Origin: Dehalococcoidia bacterium
GTDB taxonomy: Bacteria > Chloroflexota > Dehalococcoidia > Plut-88900
Direction of reading: 5' to 3'
DNA: 64,000 nt
Assembly: GCA_965249275.1 (NCBI GenBank)
Contig: CBDFLQ010000006.1
Span: 704,001-768,000, forward strand
Shown here: in pieces, positions 19,960 to 29,301 of the stretch
Layout of the letters: the number at the start of each line of letters is the position of its first letter
Numbering within the stretch: position 1 is the stretch's first letter
The notes under the pieces: generated by a model
Database searches by the model: none
What the model was told of the DNA's origin: nothing
What the model saw: the letters and a program-made list of their open reading frames with translations, nothing else
Made by a program: the position numbers and the translations under genes

Positions 19960-21099
19960 CTAATTCAGGTGGTAAAGCTTTATGACATTCTCCCCCATCA
20001 CCTTGCGTTGGTCCGCCTCGGGTAGGTCTTGCAAGGTCTGTCTCAAGTTCTTCACCGGCTCTAGTGGAGAGTCGGAGTGGGGATAGTCGTAGGCCCACAC
20101 CAGCTTGTCTGCTCCGAGAAGCTTGATAACTATAGGGCCGAATTCGTCGTCTGGGTCCATGGAGAGCCAGCACTGATTTTGGAAGTATTCACTGGGACTC
20201 TTCTTCATCTCGGTAGTGAAGCCTATGATTTCGAACTTTTCGTCCATCCTCTCCAGCAAATAAGGCATCCAGAGGGTGCCTGATTCTAGGACTACCAGCT
20301 TCAATTTGGGGAACCTATCGAAGACACTTCCCTGGAAGAAGCTCATGAAGCTGAGTTGAGTATCGGTAGTATTGACAAAGCCCCACCAGTTAGGAGTGGT
20401 TAGATCCGGGTATAGGATGCCGCCGATGCCATTCGCCCCCGGTGAGGCAGCCACGTGAAGGCCCACTGGAATGTCCTGCTCCTGGAATTCAGCCCATAGG
20501 GGGTCCCAGTGGGCATCACCATATGGGATGTTGTGGGAAGCAGCCGAGGGTGTCATCACCGCTCTGGGGGCAACAGTGACGGTGCGCTTTAGCTCCTTTA
20601 GGCTCTCCGATATGTCTAACCACGGAAGGATAAGGGCTGGATAAAGCCGCTGTGGATGGTGGTTGCAAAAATCCACGATCCAGTCGTTATATACGCGGCA
20701 ATAGGCTGCTGCGATTTCGGGGTCCTCGGCGGAACCCGGCCAGTCTAGGCCCAGGGTGGGATAGAGAATGCTCTTGTCAATCCCTTCCTGGTCCATCAGC
20801 TTGACCCGCTCGTGCGGGCAGCATCCGCCGGGGTTCATGGCCCGACCGTCCTCCCACGTGAGGGTGGGGTTCTCGAAGACGTTTTTGCGTCGCCACTCCT
20901 TGCTCTTGCCAATGGTGGTCGTATTGGTCGAGGTGCCTTTGGCTAAGAAATGGTTTGGTTGTCCGTCAACCACCCAATACTCCAGGCCGTTTTCATCCTT
21001 CTCGAAGTGCATGGCCCGATCCCGATATTTGGGCTCCAGGTTATTCTCCCAGAGGCCCGAGGGCTCCAGAATATGTCCATCCACATCTACGAACTTCAT
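19960..21099 (-). CDS. Amidohydrolase_2 family protein
   Basis: MKFVDVDGHILEP, LYPTLG, VGLH, LESG, WAYDYPH; ATG 21099 follows GGAGG. Confidence 0.88.
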   Translation of the reverse strand: MKFVDVDGHILEPSGLWENNLEPKYRDRAMHFEKDENGLEYWVVDGQPNHFLAKGTSTNTTTIGKSKEWRRKNVFENPTLTWEDGRAMNPGGCCPHERVKLMDQEGIDKSILYPTLGLDWPGSAEDPEIAAAYCRVYNDWIVDFCNHHPQRLYPALILPWLDISESLKELKRTVTVAPRAVMTPSAASHNIPYGDAHWDPLWAEFQEQDIPVGLHVAASPGANGIGGILYPDLTTPNWWGFVNTTDTQLSFMSFFQGSVFDRFPKLKLVVLESGTLWMPYLLERMDEKFEIIGFTTEMKKSPSEYFQNQCWLSMDPDDEFGPIVIKLLGADKLVWAYDYPHSDSPLEPVKNLRQTLQDLPEADQRKVMGENVIKLYHLN

Positions 21100-21302
21100 G
21101 GTAACAACCACCTCCCTACGGCATGCAGATAACAGGTTCACGTTAGCCAGACACAGGTAGCCAGTGCTATCGTCGCTGAGCAAGGCGTTTCAAGACCGCA
21201 TATATAGCATCGGTCTGGGGGCTACCCTCCAGACCGATGCCTCGGCAAAATTTCGCTTTTTCAGGGTAACCGTACAGAGCTATTGCACACGACAACACCT
21301 TA

Positions 21303-22613
21303 TTACTGGTACACAGCGTTCCATTCCGCCTGCAATCTGTCGGAGTTTTCACCTGCCCACCTCTCGTTTAGAAAGATGGCGTAGTCAAGGGTATCGGCTG
21401 TGAGAGGTAGCGAGTCTCTGACAGCGTCGTAGGCAGAGTCCTCTGCAATTACCTGCGCCCCCTTTAGGTTTACGGGACCATAGGTAATGCCCAGGCTCAC
21501 TGCAGCGTTTATCTCAGGGAAGGACGACCATGCGGCCCATAAGTTAGCCAGTAGATACGCATTGGGATTCGATTCCTTAAGCCCTGCAGGCATGCCGAAC
21601 ATATCGGTGCTAACTATGTATCCGGCCTCCCAATCCAACGCAAGGGGAGCGTCGTCCTGCCTTACCGCGTCGTAGATCCGGCCATTCCCACAAACCCCCA
21701 TAACTATGTCACGGGAAATGAGAAGCTCAGGACACTGGACACCGAATTCGGTAAAAATTACACCGCCCTTGGGGTCTTCGCTTAGCTCCCTCCATTTATC
21801 GAAGGAACGGTCGATCTCCTCTTGGGTGAAAGGTCCCCCCAAGAAGGTTCGCCCTTCTTCGGTTTCCAGGAGGCTGGGATCATCCGCCAATAGGCCGATG
21901 GTAGGATTATGAGGCCACCAGGAATTAGTGGCACGTCGTCCAGGGAATTTCTCGGTGTCAAAGAAGTCGGCCCAGGAGTCGGGTTGCTCGGTGCCCTCAG
22001 GATATTCATCGGTGTTGTAGCCGAGGACGTATGTCCAGGAGCTACCCCCTCCGGCGCCGTGTGGGAAGTTTTCCTGAACTGAAGGGAGCAAGTCAGGGAA
22101 GGTCCCACCTACTATGGCCATGTCAAAAGGCTCCAGGTCCCCGGTTATGATAAAAGACCTGATGTCCTGGCTGCCCAGATCGACTATGTGCCATTCAGGG
22201 TCCTCTATGTTAGCCATGGCACGGAACTTGCTATACACTACCGGGCTGTCCTCAATTATTACAATGCCGAACTTCTCTTCGAAAGGTGTAAGGAGAGCTG
22301 CCCGCTGGGCATTCTCGTAGGCGCCGCCCCACGAAACCCAAGTGAAGCTCTCGCCTCTGTGCTTCTCCAACTCCGCCTCTAGCTCTTCAAGGGTCGCCGG
22401 CTCCTCCGGCGTCCACTCCTCTATAGGTCTAATTTGTGGCTCCGGGGTGGGAGTAACCTGGGCTGCCAGAGTTGCCGTTGCCGGTGCGGGAGTATCATCG
22501 CCTCCGCAGGCGGCTGCCACCATTGCAATAGATATCAGGAGCCCCAAGATTCCTAGCACAACTATGTGCCGCTTAGATAGCCCTTTTCCGCGTATTCCAC
22601 GTAGCCTACTCAT
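21303..22613 (-). CDS. Orphan ABC substrate-binding lipoprotein (PotD/PotF-like)
   Basis: Lipobox VAAAC, SWGGAY, YNTD..P.SWADFFDTEKFPGRR, NGR, YGPVN. Confidence 0.85.
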   Translation of the reverse strand: MSRLRGIRGKGLSKRHIVVLGILGLLISIAMVAAACGGDDTPAPATATLAAQVTPTPEPQIRPIEEWTPEEPATLEELEAELEKHRGESFTWVSWGGAYENAQRAALLTPFEEKFGIVIIEDSPVVYSKFRAMANIEDPEWHIVDLGSQDIRSFIITGDLEPFDMAIVGGTFPDLLPSVQENFPHGAGGGSSWTYVLGYNTDEYPEGTEQPDSWADFFDTEKFPGRRATNSWWPHNPTIGLLADDPSLLETEEGRTFLGGPFTQEEIDRSFDKWRELSEDPKGGVIFTEFGVQCPELLISRDIVMGVCGNGRIYDAVRQDDAPLALDWEAGYIVSTDMFGMPAGLKESNPNAYLLANLWAAWSSFPEINAAVSLGITYGPVNLKGAQVIAEDSAYDAVRDSLPLTADTLDYAIFLNERWAGENSDRLQAEWNAVYQ

Positions 22614-23389
22614 CTGCCTCCTCCCGAAACTTAGCTTCCCTCGTGGGATAGCATCACATACCTATTAGCTCGCTTTGGGACTCCTTCTCACTAGTGTGAT
22701 ATATTTAGCAATATTCAACGTTCGTTCAATCACAAAAACTGGGACAACTCTTGTCAACTGTTTCCCACTTCCACCCGAATCGGCCTCCTGGAGGATTCAA
22801 CACGCTTAGTAGAAATTCGTGCCGGGGATAAAATAGCGTCAGGAATGGGTTGTTACCGGGATGCCGACGGGGGGGTTAGAAAGCCCACACCCTCCAATAT
22901 ACAGTAGAGTAATTCTCACTGATCCACTCTCAGGGGCAGCGTAGGAAGAAAGGAATAGACACCGGGTCTGCCTAAGAAGTTCATAGACTCCTTTATAGCG
23001 ACGTTTCCGCTACCCGCTTTAAATACATCGTACATGCGAATGGGAGTTACGTCAAGAAGTGAGGATTGTTTCACTATGTATTAAAGCCATGAGAATCTAC
23101 TTGCCAGAAGAGATTTTGATCATCCTTTCCGTGGTTGAATCATGCAGCCTTACAGGTCCAGAAGGCCTTTAGAACGGCTGCCAACACTTCTCGCAACAAT
23201 ACCCCACCCCCCGCTTGGTAACGATATATCAATAAAACAGGGCGGGTGGGCGGGACTCCACTTAATCCCGGGAGTAGGGACGCCACCCCTCCCCCGTAGG
23301 GGTGGTTCGCGAACCGCTCTGACCTCTGAGTAACCCCACCTCCGTCTCCGCCGCATCGAGCCATGTGCAACAAAAGTGACACGAACCCC

Positions 23390-23419
23390 TTGACCCAATG
23401 CGTACGCCTGTACTATATT
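23390..23419 (+). promoter_or_regulatory. Sigma70-like promoter with overlapping LexA-like box
   Basis: TTGACC-N18-TATATT; CGTAC-GCCT-GTACT at 23401-23414. Confidence 0.5.
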
Positions 23420-23425
23420 CACCCC

Positions 23426-24040
23426 CGACTAGCTCGTCACACACCTAAACCCTAAGGAGGAACCACAACCCAGGGGGAAGCCCAGCCCCGGCCCCGAGGA
23501 CTCAACGTCTAAGCCCATCCCAAAGGGCGGCCCACACGCCGCCCCTCGGCTCAAGCGAACGCCGCCATCTCCTCATACCAAAGGCCCCGGCTATCCCTTC
23601 CCCCACCCAGGCGATGGAAGGCCCACAGACTATCCTCGGCAGGCCCCGTCCAACGACGCCCCTGCCGATTCAACGCCCCTCATCATCGGGTGCGTTTACC
23701 CCGGCCCATTGCGCGCCGGTTTCCCGGGTAGGTCAACCGACCCCCGGTTTAGCAAGGCCCTCGTGTCCTTGTTTGTCCCGCCGTCCCTGCCATCCGTCTA
23801 CCCGGCGGATGCACCGGGACGCCGGTTCCGAAAGACCGCCTCAGGCGGCATCTTCCACGTCAGCGGTCCGGTCATGTGCCGCTCACGAATTGGGATCTGC
23901 CCCACACAACCCTGACCACAGCCGGCAACATGTGGGGATAATCCAGCCCGGCGCCGACGGCTCGGCAGCAACCCCCGGCCTGGTTTCTAGTCACGGACCT
24001 TCCATCGCCTGCCCCTCCACCAAAGCAAACCGAAACCCCC
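23426..24040 (+). ncRNA. Putative large structured ncRNA, copy A (unknown family; ends approximate)
   Basis: 5' ~190 nt homologous to the reverse complement of ~29100-29290; helix CAGGCGATGGAAGG (23608-23621) / CCTTCCATCGCCTG (23998-24011); serial internal hairpins; 3' motif GCAAACCGAAACCCC (24025-24039). Confidence 0.7.
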
Positions 24041-24102
24041 GGACGACAACCAAATATCGCCCCTCACCCCATGTATAATCCCCTGGCAGGAGGACACCCG
24101 AC

Positions 24103-25212
24103 ATGCGAGAACACCCCCTAGTTGACGTCGACAGCCACGTCCTTGAGCCCATGTCCGTCTGGCAGGACTACCTGGAACCCGACCTCAGGCCCCGTGCCAT
24201 CCGCTGGTCCACCGACGACAACGGGCGCGAGCTAATGCTGATCGACGGCAAGCCCGCGCGCCAGTTCATGCTCCGCAACGGCTGGATGGGCAGCCCCAAG
24301 GTCCCCGGAGGCCGCGCCTTCGAAGACCGGGTGACCACATCCCTCGGCGCAGCCAACGGCGCAGACCGCGTCCAACTGCTCGACAACGAAGGCATCGACA
24401 TCACCCTCCTCTACCCCACCCTCGGCATCCAGTGGGAGCCCGAGTTCGATGACTACAATCTCGCCGCCGCCCACGCCCGAGCCTACAACTCCTGGATCAC
24501 CGACCTCTGTAAACCCCATTCAGACCGCCTGGTTCCCGTAGCCCACGTAGTCGCCTCGGACGTCCAGGAGGGAGCGGCGGAGCTGGAGCGGGCCGCGGGG
24601 CTTGGGGCCCGGGGCGGCATGGTCAGCGGCAGACCCATTAACGGCATCCCCTACGGAGACCCATACTATGACCCCCTCTGGGCGCAGGCCCAGGAGTCCC
24701 GCATACCCCTCGCCCTGCACGTCATGGGCTACCCCAAGCACCTCGGCTACGACATGTACCCCGACACCAGCCCTAAGATCGCCTGGTGGGGCTTCGTCAC
24801 CCTCGGCCTGGAGGTCATCATCGGCCTGACCACCCTCTTCCAGGGCGCCGTCTTCGAACGGTTCCCGGACCTGCGCATCGTCGTCCTGGAGGCGGGGTCG
24901 GGGTGGCTGCCCTACTGGCTCGACAGGATGGACGAATACACGGAGCTCTTCACCTACGCCACGTCGCTATCGATGAAGCCGACCGAATACTTCAAACGAC
25001 AGTGCTGGATCTCCTTCGAACCCAGCGAGGAGATGATGCCCGAGACCATGGATTTCATAGGCGTCGACAAATTCATGTGGGCCGCCGACTACCCCCACAC
25101 CGACTCCGTCGCCGACCCAGTCCGTCTCCTAACAAAAATGCTCGCGCCCCTCTCCCAGGAAGACCGCTGGAAAGTCCTCGGCGACACCGCCGTCGAACTC
25201 TATGGCCTTTAA
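24103..25212 (+). CDS. Amidohydrolase_2 family protein
   Basis: VDVDSHVLEP, LYPTLG, LEAGSGW, WAADYPH. Confidence 0.88.
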   Translation: MREHPLVDVDSHVLEPMSVWQDYLEPDLRPRAIRWSTDDNGRELMLIDGKPARQFMLRNGWMGSPKVPGGRAFEDRVTTSLGAANGADRVQLLDNEGIDITLLYPTLGIQWEPEFDDYNLAAAHARAYNSWITDLCKPHSDRLVPVAHVVASDVQEGAAELERAAGLGARGGMVSGRPINGIPYGDPYYDPLWAQAQESRIPLALHVMGYPKHLGYDMYPDTSPKIAWWGFVTLGLEVIIGLTTLFQGAVFERFPDLRIVVLEAGSGWLPYWLDRMDEYTELFTYATSLSMKPTEYFKRQCWISFEPSEEMMPETMDFIGVDKFMWAADYPHTDSVADPVRLLTKMLAPLSQEDRWKVLGDTAVELYGL

Positions 25213-25231
25213 TAATCCTCTCTCCCTCGAC

Positions 25232-25384
25232 GAGACCTTTCTATGAATCGGGATTCATTGCGCCGGGGAACTATATTGCCCTTGCATTGGGGGCGGGGGG
25301 AATCCGCTCATCCTGAGCAGGGTCGAAGGGTCGAGCGGATTCCGGGAGGAGTCCCAGATAGTAGGCAGGTTGTGCAAAGATCCC
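25232..25384. mobile_element. Degenerate 153-bp MITE related to 11076-11207
   Basis: Ends GAGACCTTT.. / ..GTTGTGCAAAGATCCC; near-duplication TCGAC/TCGAT; sits in a CTCTCCC..GGAGA hairpin and carries the same internal CCGCTC..GAGCGG palindrome. Confidence 0.5.
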
Positions 25385-25544
25385 TCGATAGGAGAAGCCT
25401 AGGGCCTGCCCCGAGTCCCCCAAGGAAGGGAGGGTGCTCCCCATAACCTTATTGCGAACCATTGCAATAGCAACAGTTCGCATGTATAATCCTCCCAAGG
25501 CTTAAGCGCCTACATAGAAATCGGCGCAGAGAAAGGAAAACCCA

Positions 25545-25955
25545 ATGGTAAAGATCTACAACGTCCACAAAGCTATTGAAAACCTGACCCCCATAGTCAA
25601 CCGGGGCGAGAGTACCCCCGAAGAAGTGGTAGTCGCAGGCTTCGAGATTCTCGGCAGGGGCGATTTCCACGATGCGGCCATCAACCTCGGCACCTTCAAC
25701 GGCGACGCCGGCTGGGAGCGGCACGTCCAGGGTGACGAGATCGTACACATTGTGGCCGGCGAGACGGCAATCCAGATGCTCGTGGACGGCGAGCGCCAAA
25801 CCATTCAGGTAAGCGCGGGCGACCTACTGGTCGTGCCCCAGGGCACATGGCATCGCTTGCAGTCCGAAAAGGGAGTGACCGTCCTGACCGCAACCCCCGA
25901 GGGCCACGAAGACCACGCCTTCGTCGACGACCCCAGAGAACTGTACCCCTGCTAA
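25545..25955 (+). CDS. Cupin domain protein
   Basis: WERH..GDE..HIVAG and GDLLVVPQGTWH. Confidence 0.85.
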   Translation: MVKIYNVHKAIENLTPIVNRGESTPEEVVVAGFEILGRGDFHDAAINLGTFNGDAGWERHVQGDEIVHIVAGETAIQMLVDGERQTIQVSAGDLLVVPQGTWHRLQSEKGVTVLTATPEGHEDHAFVDDPRELYPC

Positions 25956-26115
25956 GCGTGTTGCTAAGCTTATGAATCCGGAGGGTTCATCTCCCTCCTT
26001 TGACTCTAGTTTGGGGTGGAGACGTTATTGTCTCCACCCTTGCACTATCCGACATGCGAGCCCCCAAGCCAGAATCTAACCCCGCCCCATCCCCCCGTGC
26101 TACACTCCCTCCGAC

Positions 26116-26859
26116 ATGCGAGCCCTCGCCCTAGCCTCTATGCTTTTATTCATAACAATACTTTCAGCCTGCGATAATGACACTCCTATCGAATGGGGCT
26201 ACACCGGCCCCGGCGCCCCCGAGAACTGGGCCGCCCTATCCCCCGACTTCGCCGCCTGCGCAAGCGGCAAACAGCAGTCCCCCATCGACATCACAGACTA
26301 CCAAGTTGGCGGACCCGACCCGATCTCCTTCTCATACGCCACCGCCGAGACAACCCTCCGCAACGACGGCAGACAGGTCCACGCCGACTCCGCCCCCGGC
26401 AACACCGCCATGCTAGGAGGTCGGGAATTCACGCTGAAGTCGGCGCACTTTCACTCGCCCTCGGAGCACCTGGTGGACGGCAATAGCTTTGCCGCCGAGC
26501 TTCACATGGTCCACGCCGACTCAGACGGCCGTCTGGCAGTCGTCGGGCTCCTGTTCACCCTCGGTGAGCCCAGCCCCGTAGCACAGTCGATTCTCGACGC
26601 CTCCCCACCCCCCGACGGCACTGGCAACGCCCATATCCCTCTCGCCGGCTCCCTCCCCACCGAGCTCTCCTACTACCGCTACGACGGCTCGAAAACCACT
26701 CCCCCCTGCGATGAGCCCGTCGACTGGCACGTCCTACGACAGCCAATGACCATATCCCAGGAGCAGGTGGAAGGCTTGCTTTCGCTGAGCGGAGGCCCCA
26801 ATAACCGCGCCGTCCAGCCGACTGGCGACCGCGTCATTACAATCGGCGGCGCGCCTTAG
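26116..26859 (+). CDS. Alpha-class carbonic anhydrase, lipoprotein
   Basis: Lipobox LSAC, WGY, QSPIDI, HFHSPSEH, ELHMVH, TTPPC, NNR. Confidence 0.93.
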   Translation: MRALALASMLLFITILSACDNDTPIEWGYTGPGAPENWAALSPDFAACASGKQQSPIDITDYQVGGPDPISFSYATAETTLRNDGRQVHADSAPGNTAMLGGREFTLKSAHFHSPSEHLVDGNSFAAELHMVHADSDGRLAVVGLLFTLGEPSPVAQSILDASPPPDGTGNAHIPLAGSLPTELSYYRYDGSKTTPPCDEPVDWHVLRQPMTISQEQVEGLLSLSGGPNNRAVQPTGDRVITIGGAP

Positions 26860-26893
26860 TAAGGGGCTAAGAGAGTGGGGGTTGTACGGCCCC

Positions 26894-28063
26894 TTACGGA
26901 ATCACGCTGCCGGCGATCAGGGTGCTGGCTGCGGCAAACATGCCACCCGGCCCGTGAGCAATCCCGACCTTGGCATCCTTCACCTGCCGCTCTCCCGCCT
27001 CGCCTCGAAGCTGACGCGTCAACTCGATCAGCGTGAAGATGCCGTACATCCCCGAGTGGGTGTAGGAGAGGCCGCCGCCGTTGGTGTTCATCGGGAACTC
27101 GCCGCCCGGCGCAGTCCTCTGCCCCTCGACGAACGGCCCGCTCTCCCCAGGCCCAACGAACCCCAGGTCCTCCAGTGCCAGCATTGGCGTGAAGGAGAAC
27201 GCGTCGTACAGCTCCGCCACGTCAATGTCCGAGTGCTTGACCCCGGCCATATCGAATGCAGCCTTACCGGACTTCCGTGCGCAGTCGGAGGTTGTCATGT
27301 CCCTCATCATGCTCACTCGCTCGTGGGAGACCGCCTCCCCCGTCCCGAGAACGTATACCGGCTTGTGCTTCAGGTCCTTGGCCCGGTCCGCGGTGGTGAG
27401 CACTATCGCTCCTCCGGCGTCGGTAACCAGGCAGCACATAAGGAGGGTGAAGGGCCAGCAAATCATCCGGGCATCCATAACGTCTTGGATTGTGATGGGG
27501 TCTTTCATCCGGGCCATCGGGTGCATCATTGCCCACTTCCGCGTCGCCACCGACACCTCCGCCAGCTGCTCCCGAGTCGTGCCGTACTTGTGCATGTGCC
27601 GGGTGACGGGTATCGAGAAAGTAGTAGTCGGGCCGAACGTCCCGAACGGGTCTTCGAACTGGCCATTGTGGGTTGCGCTTTCATCTGCGAAACCGGGCAG
27701 GCCCATGCGTGAGCGGCCGCTTTCGCCGTGACTGATGACCGCCGTGTTGATCACGCCCGCGCTCAGTGCCAGCATCGCGTGCTCCACGTGCATGATGAAG
27801 GAGCACCCCCCGACAATCGTGCTGTCCGCGTACCGGGGCATGACGCCAAGGTACTCGCACAGGTCGTTCACCGTGGTCTCGGGGGACCCGCCTGCCATGA
27901 ACAGCCCGTCTACGTCTCCCAGGCCCAGGCCCGCATCATCGAGGGCGTTTCGTATCGACTCGGCGTGCAGCGTGAGCACCGACTTATCGGGCAGCTTGCC
28001 CATCTCGTCAGACTCAGACGCTCCGACTATGGCGACCTTACCGCGCAAATCTTTCGGGGCCAT
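26894..28063 (-). CDS. SCP-x type thiolase / lipid-transfer protein family
   Basis: GGCSF, CCLVTDAGGA, ELYDAFS, NTNGGGLS, QLRGEAGERQV. Confidence 0.88.
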   Translation of the reverse strand: MAPKDLRGKVAIVGASESDEMGKLPDKSVLTLHAESIRNALDDAGLGLGDVDGLFMAGGSPETTVNDLCEYLGVMPRYADSTIVGGCSFIMHVEHAMLALSAGVINTAVISHGESGRSRMGLPGFADESATHNGQFEDPFGTFGPTTTFSIPVTRHMHKYGTTREQLAEVSVATRKWAMMHPMARMKDPITIQDVMDARMICWPFTLLMCCLVTDAGGAIVLTTADRAKDLKHKPVYVLGTGEAVSHERVSMMRDMTTSDCARKSGKAAFDMAGVKHSDIDVAELYDAFSFTPMLALEDLGFVGPGESGPFVEGQRTAPGGEFPMNTNGGGLSYTHSGMYGIFTLIELTRQLRGEAGERQVKDAKVGIAHGPGGMFAAASTLIAGSVIP

Positions 28064-28090
28064 GTCAGTCTCCTTATCACGTCAAAAGGC

Positions 28091-28498
28091 TCATGCGGGC
28101 CGGAACTGTGGCAGCGTCACTTCGTCGGTCACGTCAAGGTAGGCGATCTCGACGGCCATGTCGCAGTGGACCTTCTCCGGGTCGGGCTCGATGCCGATGA
28201 GGTTGCTCATCATCCGAGGCCCCTCTTCCAGCTCGACAACGGCGATGACGTATGGGTCAGACCCGAAGCCGGGGGCCGGCCTGTGGTTTATCACGAACGA
28301 GTACAGCGTCCCCTTCCCGCTGGCCTCGAACCACTCCACGTTTGACGAAAAGCAGTGGGGACAGAAGGGACGAGGATAGAAATACGCCTTACTGCAGTCC
28401 TTGCAGCGCTGTATGAGCAGCTTATGCTCCTTCAGCGCGTCCCAGTAGGGCCTGGTCTCGGGGGTTGGTGAGGGCAGGGGACGATTAGTATCCGCCAA
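28091..28498 (-). CDS. DUF35 Zn-ribbon/OB-fold partner of the thiolase
   Basis: QRCKDC..YPRPFCPHC, GTLYSF, VELEEGPRM; TTG 28498 follows GGAGG. Confidence 0.9.
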   Translation of the reverse strand: MADTNRPLPSPTPETRPYWDALKEHKLLIQRCKDCSKAYFYPRPFCPHCFSSNVEWFEASGKGTLYSFVINHRPAPGFGSDPYVIAVVELEEGPRMMSNLIGIEPDPEKVHCDMAVEIAYLDVTDEVTLPQFRPA

Positions 28499-28669
28499 TG
28501 GGGCCACCTCCCTGGGCATCCGTTGGGAATTCCGACGCCGCCTATCCTATCGCCCACCCGTTCCCGGTGTCAATCTGATGTACTCGTCCGGTAGGTCAGT
28601 GACACACTGGCCTTTTATTCAGTCCTCCAGAGGCGGATCCGCCCAAGGCGGATGTTCCATCTTCGATTG

Positions 28670-29295
28670 TGGGGTTTCGGTTTGCGTTCTGTCTGTTGGG
28701 TTTTGGGGTGGCGATGAAAGACGCTTGCTGGATTCGGCTCCCTATCTTTAGATAATGCGGGCTAGGAGGCGTCCCGGGAACGTGGGGACGGGGCTCCGCC
28801 GCCGCCTAGACCTGGAAGTATGGTCGGACGTACGGGTCCGTCATCCGTCATAGGCTCCAATGAAGGTTGGCTGCGCTGTCCGCCGCAGGCGGGTGCAGGA
28901 AGGGGAAAGTCCAGGGTCAGTTCCCCTCGCAGGAGTACGGGGTATCCGGTTCGCCGCCTGTATCCAGGAGCCGGGAGTGGCGGACAGTCCAGTTTTATTT
29001 GAGGAAGCGGACGGAGAGCCGAGCGGTCCTCGGCTACGGGCTGCCCCGTTCCGCTCCATAGGACAAGGTTGCTCCGTGAGGAGACTTTTAAGTACGGTCC
29101 AGGGCGTCTTCCATCGCCTGATGGTCAGGGAAGGGATAGCCGGGGCCCTTGGTAGAGGAGATGGCGGCGTTCGCTTGTGCCGTGGGGCGGCATGTGGGCC
29201 GCCCTTTGGGATGGGCTTGGACGTTGAGTCCTCGGGGGCCGGGTGGGCTTCCCTAGTGTTTGGTTCCTCCTTAAGGTGGGTGTCGGGTCTAGACT
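28670..29295 (-). ncRNA. Putative large structured ncRNA, copy B (same unknown family; ends approximate)
   Basis: Minus-strand 5' domain matches copy A; helix GGCGATGGAAGACGC (29118-29104) / GCGTCTTTCATCGCC (28724-28710); 3' motif GCAAACCGAAACCCC (28685-28671). Confidence 0.7.
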
Positions 29296-29301
29296 GGTCC
29301 A

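Noticed and set aside
22680-23140. AT-richer intergenic stretch upstream of the SBP gene
   Set aside because: No ORF, repeat or RNA structure that I can support.
28895-28930. GGGGAAAGTCCAGGG resembling the RNase P RNA P4 motif
   Set aside because: No 3' partner (AGAACCCGGCTTA-like) is visible, it is absent from copy A, and it lies on the strand opposite the promoter.
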